Virus record (IMG/VR): IMGVR_UViG_3300032087_000618
Coordinates: 1 to 54,067 of that record
From: a virus
Lineage: Duplodnaviria; Caudoviricetes
DNA: 54,067 bases
Strand: one strand, 5' to 3'
Part shown: piece after piece, positions 28,106 to 36,848 of the stretch
How the letters are laid out: every line of letters begins with the position of its first letter
How positions within the stretch are numbered: the stretch's first letter is position 1
The notes under the pieces: model-generated
Told to the model about the DNA's origin: nothing
The model's input: only the letters and a program-made list of their open reading frames with translations
The model's database searches: none
Translations under genes and position numbers: made by a program

Positions 28106-31100
28106 ATGGCTATTGAATATACACCAGAATCTAGCTTAGTGGCAGATCCTGCAGAGGGTGGGAGCTTTAGTGCTTCCAATGATGCAGAACTTGCTGGTGC
28201 TCAGTCATTTGCAGCTAAAGCAAAGTTAGCACAAATTGCTGCAGAACAGGCAGAAACCAATGCAGAAAACAGTGCTACTTCAGCTAGTGGTGCAGCATCA
28301 ACAGCCAGTACTTTTGCGACTAATGCAGCTAACAGTGCAACTGCTTCAGCTAACTCAGCTACAGCATCTGCTACATCTGCGACTAATGCAGCTAACAGTG
28401 CTACAGCAGCATCTGGCAGTGCCACAGATTCAGCAAACAGTGCTACAGCATCTGCAGGTTCAGCTACAGATTCAGCAAATAGCGCTACAGCATCCGCTTC
28501 GAGTGCTACAGCTTCAGCGGGTAGTGCTACAGACTCTGCCAATTCAGCAACAGCTTCAGCAAGTAGTGCTACAGATTCAGCTAACAGTGCCACAGCATCT
28601 GCAGGTTCAGCTACAGCAGCAGCTGGCAGTGCTACAGCAGCAGCTGGCAGTGCTACCTCAGCTTCTAATAGTGCCACAGATTCAGCAAACAGTGCTACAG
28701 CATCAGCTTCGAGTGCAACTGACTCAGCTAACTCTGCGACAGCTTCAGCTAACTCTGCAACTGCAGCAGCTGGTAGTGCAACTGCAGCATCTAATTCTGC
28801 AACTGCAGCATCTGGTAGTGCGACTGATGCAGCTAACAGTGCTACAGCAGCTGCTAACTCTGCGACTGCTTCTGCAGGCAGTGCCACTAGTTCATCTAAT
28901 AGCGCTACCTCAGCAGCAACTGCACAGACTGCCGCAGAAGCTGCAAGGGATGCAGCACTAGCAGCTTTTGATTCTTTTGATGACAGATACTTAGGTCAAA
29001 AATCCAGTGACCCCTCAACGGATAATGATGGCGATGCTCTTGTTGCAGGTACTTTATATTTTAATACCACAACAGATGCTATGATGGTTTATGAGGGAAG
29101 CTCATGGGTAGCTGCTTACGCTTCTTTATCAGGAGCATTAATTGCTAATAACAACCTGTCAGACTTAAACAATGCAGCTACAGCAAGAACTAACTTAGGT
29201 TTAGGCACAATTGCTACAGCAGCTGCTACAGATTATGTACCTGTAACTGGTGGTACTTTTACTGGTAACGTAGAGTCTCCAGAGTTTATAGGTACGCTTC
29301 AAGGTGAAGTAGTGTTCAAAGCTAAAGCTGGTGAAGCTATTACGAAAGGTGATGCTGTATACGTATCAGGTATTAGCGGGAACACTCCATTGGTATCTAA
29401 AGCAGATGCTGATGATGCAGCTAAGATGCCTGCTTTTGGATTATCTGCAGATACTGTTTCTGCAAACGCTGCTATGGAAGTTGTTATTTTAGGACAACTA
29501 AATAACATAGATACAAGCGGCTATGCCTTAGGAGATATTCTTTATGTATCGAATACCCCGGGAGCTCTTTCAGCTACTAAACCATCTGGAGAGTCTTCTC
29601 AGTTACAAAACATTGGCAAGGTAGAAAGGGTTCATGCAAGTACAGGTTCTATTCTGGTTTCAGGCTCAGGCCGTTCTGCTGCTACTCCAAACCTAAATGA
29701 TGGTCAATTCTTTTTAGGCAACGTATCAAATCAAGCAGTCAGCACTGACTTTACTACTTCTGTACTTGGAGAAATAAGTGCAGGCACTGGTATTGGTATA
29801 TCTGGCGGTGGGGTTATATCTAATAGCGCACCTGATCAGACTGTATCTTTAACAGGTACTGGGGCTACATCCGTTACAGGGACATACCCTAACTTTACTA
29901 TTGACAGCAGTGATAATAACACAACCTACACTGCATCAAACGGGATTACTCTCAGCGGCACAGACTTTCAGCTAACTGATACTAATGCAAAGCTAAACCT
30001 CACTGGCGGTACTATAACTAGTGGTGGGAACATCGGCCTTAAAGTAAGCCACGATGACTTCCAAGAAGGGATTATTAGCTACCGCAACCATGCTACATTT
30101 TCACCTAGTTATGTTTTTGAAAACGCTAGTGGTAGGACAGGTACTCTATATACACAAAATGATTTCCCAATGTGGCGTGATGGCACTACAAGCAATTCAT
30201 ACAAAGTGTGGACACAGGGCAACGATGGCTCAGGCTCAGGCTTAGATGCTGACCAGCTAGATGGTGTTGAAGCTACTGGTTTTGGTAGGTTTTATAACAA
30301 TGCAGTAATCACAGCTACAACTACAGCCGATCTAATAACGCAGTTGAGCAATAACTACGGAGCTTTTAATAATAACTATGTCACAGTTAAAGTTCAATGG
30401 TCTTATGCGGGTAGTGGTGATCTTGTAACAGGACATTCTACTATTGGTACTATTGAATTAGCGGGATGCCTTATTGAAACATGGGGTGGCACCTATAAGC
30501 ATATGCGTATAACAAGGCCAACAACAGGTACAGGTTTAACCAAGATTTGCGTATATAACGATCAAGGTAGCAGCTATAGCCCTGGTTGGAGAGAAATAAT
30601 ACAGGCTGATGGTACCGGTAAGATTGGTATTGGAACAAGCAGCCCCACAGCCCCTTTACATATTGATTCAGATACTAATCCAATGATTACTTTGGATAAC
30701 AATACTACAGGGGTTATTCCTCAGTTCCGAATATATAACGCTAATACTGCAAATGGTTATTTTGGAATAAACACTTTTGGTAATACAGGTAGGTTTACAC
30801 AAAACAGCAGTACAGGTACCCCAGGGTCTTTTACTTGGGAGCAAGGCTCACTTGGTGAAAAGATGAGGCTTAATAACCTAGGTAGATTAGGTATAGGGAC
30901 TACAGGCCCTGCCGCAGCTTTACACGTTGTAGGCTCTATTGTAGCTACTGGTAATATTACAGCTTACTACTCTGATGAACGTCTTAAAGATTTAAAGGGT
31001 ACTATTGAAAACCCCTTAGAAAAACTTAATACCTTAAACGGATACTACTACACCCCCAATGAAGAAGCAATCTTAGAGGGTGCGGAGTGGAATGGTTTAG

Positions 31101-31285
31101 AAGTTGGTGTATCAGCTCAAGAAGTTGAAAAAGTATTACCAGAAGTTATTAGGCCTTCTGCTATAGGTAAAGACTACAAAACTGTAGCCTATGAGAAGCT
31201 AACACCGTTACTTATCGAAGCTGTAAAAGAGCTATCAGAAAAAGTAGATAAACTTGAATCACGACTATATGAATTGGAGAAATAA
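28106..31285 (+). CDS. tail fibre with Ala/Ser/Thr coiled-coil repeats and C-terminal peptidase S74 chaperone
   Basis: SATDSANSATASA repeats, NDGSGSGLDADQLDG, GIGTxxP repeats, YSDERLK...GVSAQEVEKVLPE...VAYEKL. Confidence 0.9.
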   Translation: MAIEYTPESSLVADPAEGGSFSASNDAELAGAQSFAAKAKLAQIAAEQAETNAENSATSASGAASTASTFATNAANSATASANSATASATSATNAANSATAASGSATDSANSATASAGSATDSANSATASASSATASAGSATDSANSATASASSATDSANSATASAGSATAAAGSATAAAGSATSASNSATDSANSATASASSATDSANSATASANSATAAAGSATAASNSATAASGSATDAANSATAAANSATASAGSATSSSNSATSAATAQTAAEAARDAALAAFDSFDDRYLGQKSSDPSTDNDGDALVAGTLYFNTTTDAMMVYEGSSWVAAYASLSGALIANNNLSDLNNAATARTNLGLGTIATAAATDYVPVTGGTFTGNVESPEFIGTLQGEVVFKAKAGEAITKGDAVYVSGISGNTPLVSKADADDAAKMPAFGLSADTVSANAAMEVVILGQLNNIDTSGYALGDILYVSNTPGALSATKPSGESSQLQNIGKVERVHASTGSILVSGSGRSAATPNLNDGQFFLGNVSNQAVSTDFTTSVLGEISAGTGIGISGGGVISNSAPDQTVSLTGTGATSVTGTYPNFTIDSSDNNTTYTASNGITLSGTDFQLTDTNAKLNLTGGTITSGGNIGLKVSHDDFQEGIISYRNHATFSPSYVFENASGRTGTLYTQNDFPMWRDGTTSNSYKVWTQGNDGSGSGLDADQLDGVEATGFGRFYNNAVITATTTADLITQLSNNYGAFNNNYVTVKVQWSYAGSGDLVTGHSTIGTIELAGCLIETWGGTYKHMRITRPTTGTGLTKICVYNDQGSSYSPGWREIIQADGTGKIGIGTSSPTAPLHIDSDTNPMITLDNNTTGVIPQFRIYNANTANGYFGINTFGNTGRFTQNSSTGTPGSFTWEQGSLGEKMRLNNLGRLGIGTTGPAAALHVVGSIVATGNITAYYSDERLKDLKGTIENPLEKLNTLNGYYYTPNEEAILEGAEWNGLEVGVSAQEVEKVLPEVIRPSAIGKDYKTVAYEKLTPLLIEAVKELSEKVDKLESRLYELEK
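28270..28930 (+). repeat. degenerate 21/42-bp coding tandem repeat (heptads SATxxAx)
   Basis: About 30 heptads visible in the translation and DNA. Confidence 0.85.
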
Positions 31286-31287
31286 AA

Positions 31288-31635
31288 ATGCAATTTAATT
31301 GGAGAATAGATAGTTTAGATACTGATATAAATACTGGACTCATTCGTGCTGCCCATTGGGAGCTTTCTGCTTTTGAATGGGTAGACCTCGAAGGGGGTAA
31401 CGAGAATGATAAAATTTTACACAGAGAAAGGCTTTACGGTATATTAGATTTTTGGGATGCTACATCTGAGTCTGAAAGTTTTATAGATTGGGAAAGTGTA
31501 ACAGAAGAGAAAGTTATAGGTTGGGTTAAGGATTCTTTAGGAGAAGAAGAAGTTCTTAAATTAGAGGAATCTGTAGTTAACAATTTAAATCTTAAAATAA
31601 ACCCTGAAACTAAAACTAATTTACCTTGGGAGTAA
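31288..31635 (+). CDS. tail-fibre-associated protein
   Basis: FIDWESVTEEKVIGWV...LPW type that commonly follows fibres. Confidence 0.6.
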   Translation: MQFNWRIDSLDTDINTGLIRAAHWELSAFEWVDLEGGNENDKILHRERLYGILDFWDATSESESFIDWESVTEEKVIGWVKDSLGEEEVLKLEESVVNNLNLKINPETKTNLPWE

Positions 31636-31641
31636 TAATGT

Positions 31642-32235
31642 ATGGCGTTACAAAGCTCAGGTCAAATTTCTTTTAGTGATATTGCTGTTGAAGCGCTGGG
31701 TGTTGCTTACGGCACTGACCAGAATCTTGACTTTAATGATTCAAGGTTAAGAAGTCTAGCAAATAGAGCATACCCTTTATCTATTGGTACTAATAATTTT
31801 TATGGTAAAGTAGGTGGTAAAGATCAGCAAATTATTACCGTAGGTAGTACTTGGCTTAACACTAATGATGGGGGTGCATATGGTTACAGAAACTTTTACC
31901 CAGCGGGTTCGTATATCGGGACTATTAATGACGGGACTGTAGACTTTAGAAATAATGCGTCATTTATCTCTTGCTATTACACCACTGGTAGCAAACAGAT
32001 TGTATTAATCCTTTCAGGATACTCTTACGGAAATTCGGGATTTACCACTATAGAAATTAGGCCACAATACTTAACGGGTTCTGGATCAACAACCCCTGTC
32101 TTTTTTAATTATCGGTCCAGTGCAACGTATTCCGCTGGAAGTTACTATAACTATACAAAATGGGTTTGGACGGGTATTAACAGCAACCCTTTTGGTAGTA
32201 CTACACAAGATAAAAAGCTAGTCATTTTAAGGTAG
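31642..32235 (+). CDS. putative tail/receptor-binding accessory protein
   Basis: MALQSSGQISFSDI...NFYGK N-terminus; G/Y/T-rich beta domain. Confidence 0.6.
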   Translation: MALQSSGQISFSDIAVEALGVAYGTDQNLDFNDSRLRSLANRAYPLSIGTNNFYGKVGGKDQQIITVGSTWLNTNDGGAYGYRNFYPAGSYIGTINDGTVDFRNNASFISCYYTTGSKQIVLILSGYSYGNSGFTTIEIRPQYLTGSGSTTPVFFNYRSSATYSAGSYYNYTKWVWTGINSNPFGSTTQDKKLVILR

Positions 32236-32242
32236 GTATGCT

Positions 32243-32395
32243 ATGGAATATACAGTAAGAGAAGAACCAAAAGCAAAGTGGGCTTGCTTTTCAAAAGATA
32301 ATATTGTGTACGAAGTAAATATTATTGATGTCCCTGATGACGAAGTACAAGAAGCTTTGTTAAATGCAATAGAACTGTTTAATGAAGAGGAGTAG
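32243..32395 (+). CDS. hypothetical protein (50 aa)
   Basis: Hand translation MEYTVREEPKAKWACF...EEE; AGGT upstream. Confidence 0.65.
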   Translation: MEYTVREEPKAKWACFSKDNIVYEVNIIDVPDDEVQEALLNAIELFNEEE

Positions 32396-32399
32396 TACT

Positions 32400-33311
32400 T
32401 TGAGATTTTATATTTTAACATCTAATGATCAACCGGCATTGGCTAGGTTTTTTGATCCTAAGTATAGTAACTTAGACCCTGAAGATGCTGTAGTAGTTAT
32501 TAACACTTTAAATGATTACCATAAAAGACTAGCTAAAAGTTTCTGTGAAAAGAACAATATAGAGTACCATGTAACTGAAAGTGATGGTACTCCGGCAACT
32601 GGTAAAAACTCTTTACTTGATATATTTTTAAAGTCTGAAGATAACTACTGTTGTTTAGCAGATGGGGACGATCTCTTAACACCCCATGGTGTTTGGTTTT
32701 ATAAAAACTTAGAGTCCTTAGAAAAAGTACCTGATGCTTTATTTCTTTTAAATCAAAAAAGTGTAAAACTTAAACCAGAGAATACTTTATTATCTCAGCC
32801 ATTCACTGTTAATTACGATAAACTTTTAAACTTTGATTATACTAAATTCTTTATTGAAGAGCATGGATTAGAGGAGGATAGAGCTGAGTTTTACCATAAC
32901 CTACATACAGAGTATTACAATCAATCTAAAAAATATTCTGAAGGATCTGAGGCTCACTCACGAGTAACATGGTTTAGTCGTAAAGCAGCAGAGTTTAAAT
33001 TCCCTAACAGTGTAGTAGTTGGTGAAGATACTTTGCAAATGTATATGTTAAAAGATCAAGCAGTGTTAGGTAATTTAGATGTAAGAACTACTGATGAAAA
33101 GCCTGCTACTTATCTTTATGACCAGACAAAACCGGGAACAGTAGCAATGGTGTCTGAGGGAAATAGTAATTACGACTGGATGCAGTTTTATTTAATACAG
33201 CTAAAACAAATGGAAGATGATAATAAACTTCATAAAGGTGTTACTCTTCCTAAATTAATAATGGAGTACCCCGAAGATTACTCATTGGGTGATTATGGAA
33301 TAACAAGGTGA
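32400..33311 (+). CDS. putative GT-A fold glycosyltransferase
   Basis: ESDGTPATGKN, LADGDDLL (DxD), GED. TTG start at 32400 after GAGGAG. Confidence 0.55.
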   Translation: MRFYILTSNDQPALARFFDPKYSNLDPEDAVVVINTLNDYHKRLAKSFCEKNNIEYHVTESDGTPATGKNSLLDIFLKSEDNYCCLADGDDLLTPHGVWFYKNLESLEKVPDALFLLNQKSVKLKPENTLLSQPFTVNYDKLLNFDYTKFFIEEHGLEEDRAEFYHNLHTEYYNQSKKYSEGSEAHSRVTWFSRKAAEFKFPNSVVVGEDTLQMYMLKDQAVLGNLDVRTTDEKPATYLYDQTKPGTVAMVSEGNSNYDWMQFYLIQLKQMEDDNKLHKGVTLPKLIMEYPEDYSLGDYGITR

Positions 33312-33327
33312 TACAAGGAGAGCAAAG

Positions 33328-33765
33328 ATGCTAGCTGAACTCGCTGCTGCTAATGCAGCTTTTGCAGTTATTAAAAAGACAATAGCTAATGGACAAGAGT
33401 TAGCAAGTGTGGCACAGCAGGCTAGTTCATACTTTAATTCCAAAAGTTCTATAGCTAAGAAAGCTAATAAAAATGGAAACAAATCAGACATGGAAGCATT
33501 CATGGCCTTAGAAGCCCTCAAGCAACAAGAGGAGGAGCTAAGGGAAATAATGATATATGCAGGTAGAGCCAATATGTATGACGATTGGTTACAGTTTCAG
33601 TCTGATTGTAAAAGAAAAAGAAAGGAAGAAGAGAACGCGATACTTCGCAAGAAAGCTAAAAACAAAAAACTTATTGTTGAAATATTTACTGGCGTAATTG
33701 TAGCTTTAGTTGCTATACCGTCTATCGTGGGGTTAACCTACACAATAGTAAACTTTTTCAAGTAA
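33328..33765 (+). CDS. hypothetical protein with C-terminal TM helix
   Basis: Coiled coil plus one TM; AGGAG RBS. Confidence 0.75.
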   Translation: MLAELAAANAAFAVIKKTIANGQELASVAQQASSYFNSKSSIAKKANKNGNKSDMEAFMALEALKQQEEELREIMIYAGRANMYDDWLQFQSDCKRKRKEEENAILRKKAKNKKLIVEIFTGVIVALVAIPSIVGLTYTIVNFFK

Positions 33766-33778
33766 AGGAGGACACATT

Positions 33779-33961
33779 GTGCAACTCAGTGATATCGAGG
33801 AAGAGACCAAACAAGTTATGGATATAGCAGCCGCAAGTACAGGAGTACTAAGCCTTGTTGCTTGGTTACCACCCGTAGCTTCATTATTGACAATTATATG
33901 GTTAGGTATTCGTATCTATGAATCTGAAACTATCCAAAAGTTAATACATAAGGATAAATAA
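33779..33961 (+). CDS. holin-like small membrane protein
   Basis: Hydrophobic core and charged C-terminus; AGGAGG RBS. Confidence 0.55.
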   Translation: MQLSDIEEETKQVMDIAAASTGVLSLVAWLPPVASLLTIIWLGIRIYESETIQKLIHKDK

Positions 33962-33963
33962 CT

Positions 33964-34251
33964 ATGCCACTAAAAGACCCAAGACTCAAAAGAGCAGGGG
34001 TCTCTGGGTACAATAAACCTAAGAGGACCCCTAACCACCCTACGAAGTCACACATTGTTGTGGCTAAGCAAGGTGATACAATCAAGACTATTCGCTTTGG
34101 AGAACAAGGTGCATCTACTGCAGGGAAACCTAAGGCAGGTGAGTCTGCTAAAATGAAAGCTAAACGTAAAAGCTTTAAGGCTAGGCACCGTAGGAACATT
34201 GCTAAGGGGCCCCTGTCTGCTGCTTACTGGGCTAATAAGGTGAAATGGTAA
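33964..34251 (+). CDS. small basic hypothetical protein
   Basis: RFGEQG...SFKARH...SAAYWANKVKW. Confidence 0.75.
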   Translation: MPLKDPRLKRAGVSGYNKPKRTPNHPTKSHIVVAKQGDTIKTIRFGEQGASTAGKPKAGESAKMKAKRKSFKARHRRNIAKGPLSAAYWANKVKW

Positions 34252-34448
34252 TGGCTAAAGGTGTAATGCATTATACAAAAGACGGTACTCCACATAAGGG
34301 TGCTACTCATAAGATGCCGAATGGTGAAGTTCACTCAGGTGCTACTCATAGCCCTTTGTCTGCAAAACTTTTTCATTTCGAAGAACTATCAAGTAAAGCA
34401 AAGGAGAAAGCTATGAGCTACGGTAAAGGTAAAAAGAAAGGTAAATAA
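34251..34448 (+). CDS. small His/Lys-rich protein
   Basis: HKMPNGEVHSGATH; TAATG coupling. Confidence 0.7.
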   Translation: MAKGVMHYTKDGTPHKGATHKMPNGEVHSGATHSPLSAKLFHFEELSSKAKEKAMSYGKGKKKGK

Positions 34449-34450
34449 CT

Positions 34451-34864
34451 ATGGCTAGGTCAAACGAAGCATTATGGAAACGTATTGTTGCTAGTGTTAA
34501 AGCTGGTAGTAAGGGTGGTAAACCCGGACAGTGGAGTGCTCGTAAAGCCCAGTTAGCTGGACAGAGGTACCGTAAAGCTGGCGGTAAATACTCAGGTAAA
34601 AAGACTAAAGCCCAGAAGTCCATGACTAAGTGGACTAAAGAAAAGTGGGGTACTAAGTCAGGTAAACCTAGCACACAGGGCAAGAAAGCTACTGGTGAAC
34701 GGTACTTACCTAAGAAAGCTAGAGGTGCCCTATCAGCTAAAGAGTATGCGGCTACTAGTAAGAAAAAGAGGGAGGACACTCGTAAGGGTAAGCAGTTCTC
34801 TAAACAACCAAAGAAGATTGCAAAGAAAACTGCAAGGTATCGTAAAGGACCTTTGAGTAAATAG
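34451..34864 (+). CDS. highly basic DUF5872-like protein
   Basis: GGKPGQWSARKAQL...KWTKEKW...RYLPKKA. Confidence 0.75.
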   Translation: MARSNEALWKRIVASVKAGSKGGKPGQWSARKAQLAGQRYRKAGGKYSGKKTKAQKSMTKWTKEKWGTKSGKPSTQGKKATGERYLPKKARGALSAKEYAATSKKKREDTRKGKQFSKQPKKIAKKTARYRKGPLSK

Positions 34865-34873
34865 GAGATAACA

Positions 34874-35272
34874 ATGCTATCACAATTAATCGGACCTGTT
34901 ACAGGATTACTAGACAAATTTATAGAGGACAAAGACAAAAAGAATGCTATCGCTTTTGAACTTTCTACGATGGCTGAGAAACATGCTCAGGAACTTGCTA
35001 AGGCACAAATCGAAGTTAACAAAGCTGAAGCAGCTCATAAGAGTTTGTTTGTCGCAGGTTGGCGTCCGGCTGTTGGCTGGGTATGCGTGGCTGGGATGGC
35101 AGGTAACTTTATTATTATACCGCTGGCAAACTTTACGCTTGCTCTTGCCGGTTCTGCAGTCAGTATTCCCCTTGTAGCTCTTTCGGAAATGATGCCTGTC
35201 CTTATGGGTATGCTGGGCTTAGGCGCTATGCGTACCGTAGAAAAAACTAAAGGCGTACAAAGAGAAAAATAA
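34874..35272 (+). CDS. holin (GTA 3TM holin family)
   Basis: EAAHKSLFVAGWRPAVGW...GMLGLGAMRTVEK. Confidence 0.82.
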   Translation: MLSQLIGPVTGLLDKFIEDKDKKNAIAFELSTMAEKHAQELAKAQIEVNKAEAAHKSLFVAGWRPAVGWVCVAGMAGNFIIIPLANFTLALAGSAVSIPLVALSEMMPVLMGMLGLGAMRTVEKTKGVQREK

Positions 35273-35287
35273 AAAGGAGAATTACTA

Positions 35288-35851
35288 ATGGCTAGTCAGA
35301 TTAATGACAGTAACCCAACAACGGGTTCACCGACAACCCAATCTGTGAGAGATAACTTCACTGAAGCTAAAAATGAAATTAATGGGATATTAAGATCCTC
35401 GCTTGATGTAGTATCTACTACTGGTTCAAGTACAGCTTATTCTGCTAACTTTTCTAATAATGTTGTTAAAGCAGAAGGTGCCCGAATCATAGTAAAGGCA
35501 CACCAAGCTAATACTGGCAGTGCTACTTTAAACGTAGATGCAACTGGTGCTGCTACTATAAAAAACTTAGATGGTAGTTCTTTATCTTCAGGTCAAATTG
35601 GAGGAACTTCTCATTACTTAGATTTAATATATAATAGTTCTAATAACACATGGGTACTTTTAAACCCTGTTCACCATGCCCTTGCTATCTCAGATGTATC
35701 TGGATTACAGACTGCACTTAATGGTAAGCTTGGGACAGGTGATAATGCTGTAAGCGCAACTACTGCAACTAACGCTACTAAGTGGGATAACTACAGCGTA
35801 TCGACAAGTGCTACGGGAACAAACAGTACTACAATTTATTTCAGGACTTAA
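35288..35851 (+). CDS. tail spike/fibre-like protein
   Basis: RDNFxxAKNE anchor, ANTGSATLNV, ISDVSGLQTAL. Confidence 0.6.
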   Translation: MASQINDSNPTTGSPTTQSVRDNFTEAKNEINGILRSSLDVVSTTGSSTAYSANFSNNVVKAEGARIIVKAHQANTGSATLNVDATGAATIKNLDGSSLSSGQIGGTSHYLDLIYNSSNNTWVLLNPVHHALAISDVSGLQTALNGKLGTGDNAVSATTATNATKWDNYSVSTSATGTNSTTIYFRT

Positions 35852-35854
35852 ACT

Positions 35855-36838
35855 ATGGATATCTATATTGGTGCAAATAAAATAAATGAAATATACATTG
35901 GTACCTCTCAGATAAGTGAAGTTTGGATTGGATCAAATCAAGTTTGGGCAAGAACATTTTATTTACCAGAAACAGGCTTTAATAATTACAGTGATAGTGG
36001 ATTTAATAACGAAGGTAGTAATTTAACTAACGGCATTACTATCACTAGAGATGTTACTTTAAAGGTAGAGGTTTCAGGCAGCGTTGGGTCTTCTGCTCAT
36101 TTTTCTCTTGAAAGGAAAACTAACTCTTCCTCTAACTGGCCTACTGCAGGTACATCTTATAGCACTAAATGGTCTAGTGGGTCTTACACTAATAACGCAA
36201 AAACCTTAAGTTGCATAGTTGGAAATGTATTAAGATTTAATGGATATCTAGCTGCTCAATCTACAGATATCGATGTAACTGTAGTTGTAAAAAATAATGC
36301 AGACAATCAAGTATTAGATACTTTTACTTACTTTGTTGAAGATTTATTTAATTACACTGGCGGTGGTGGTGGAAGCTATGGTTGTTTCCCCGGAGACTCT
36401 TGGGTTTCTATGGAAGACCTTAGCACTAAACGAATATCAGAGATAGAAGCAGGGGATAAAGTTATAGGTGATAACGGAATAGTAAACGAAGTTATTGAGC
36501 TTCGTACTATCGAAGAAGGTGAAAGACCTATCTTTAAAATTAATCATCTTAAGACAACTCCAGCTCACCCAATAAAAACATCAGAAGGCTGGAAGGCTAT
36601 AGACCCCGAAGCTGCAATGTATGTACACCCTGAAATGACAATAACTGAATTAAAAGTAGGGGACATGATAGTACGGGTAAATGATGAGGGTAATGAGTAT
36701 CAGGAAGAAGTCACTAGTATCGACTTAGAAGTTACTACAGATCCTGTATACAATCTAAACGTATCTGGAAGTGACACACCAGAGATAAATGGTAATGATA
36801 CCTATGTCGTAGATGGTGTTGTAGTACACAACAAATAG
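35855..36838 (+). CDS. tail protein with C-terminal Hint (intein-like) domain
   Basis: GGGGGSYG/CFPGDSWV (block A), TPAHP (block B), VYNLNV...TYVVDGVVVHN-K-stop (blocks F/G). Confidence 0.85.
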   Translation: MDIYIGANKINEIYIGTSQISEVWIGSNQVWARTFYLPETGFNNYSDSGFNNEGSNLTNGITITRDVTLKVEVSGSVGSSAHFSLERKTNSSSNWPTAGTSYSTKWSSGSYTNNAKTLSCIVGNVLRFNGYLAAQSTDIDVTVVVKNNADNQVLDTFTYFVEDLFNYTGGGGGSYGCFPGDSWVSMEDLSTKRISEIEAGDKVIGDNGIVNEVIELRTIEEGERPIFKINHLKTTPAHPIKTSEGWKAIDPEAAMYVHPEMTITELKVGDMIVRVNDEGNEYQEEVTSIDLEVTTDPVYNLNVSGSDTPEINGNDTYVVDGVVVHNK

Positions 36839-36848
36839 GAGATAAAGT

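Noticed and set aside
28270-28930. Tandem repeat as a CRISPR array or DGR
   Set aside because: Degenerate in-frame coding heptads with no unique spacers; no cas or reverse transcriptase gene
28201-28961. 228-aa minus ORF and 241-aa alternate-frame Q/L-rich ORF
   Set aside because: By-products of the GCN/TCN/ACN repeat in the tail fibre; no RBS
36383-36838. Canonical mobile intein
   Set aside because: No homing endonuclease and no C/S/T +1 residue or C-extein
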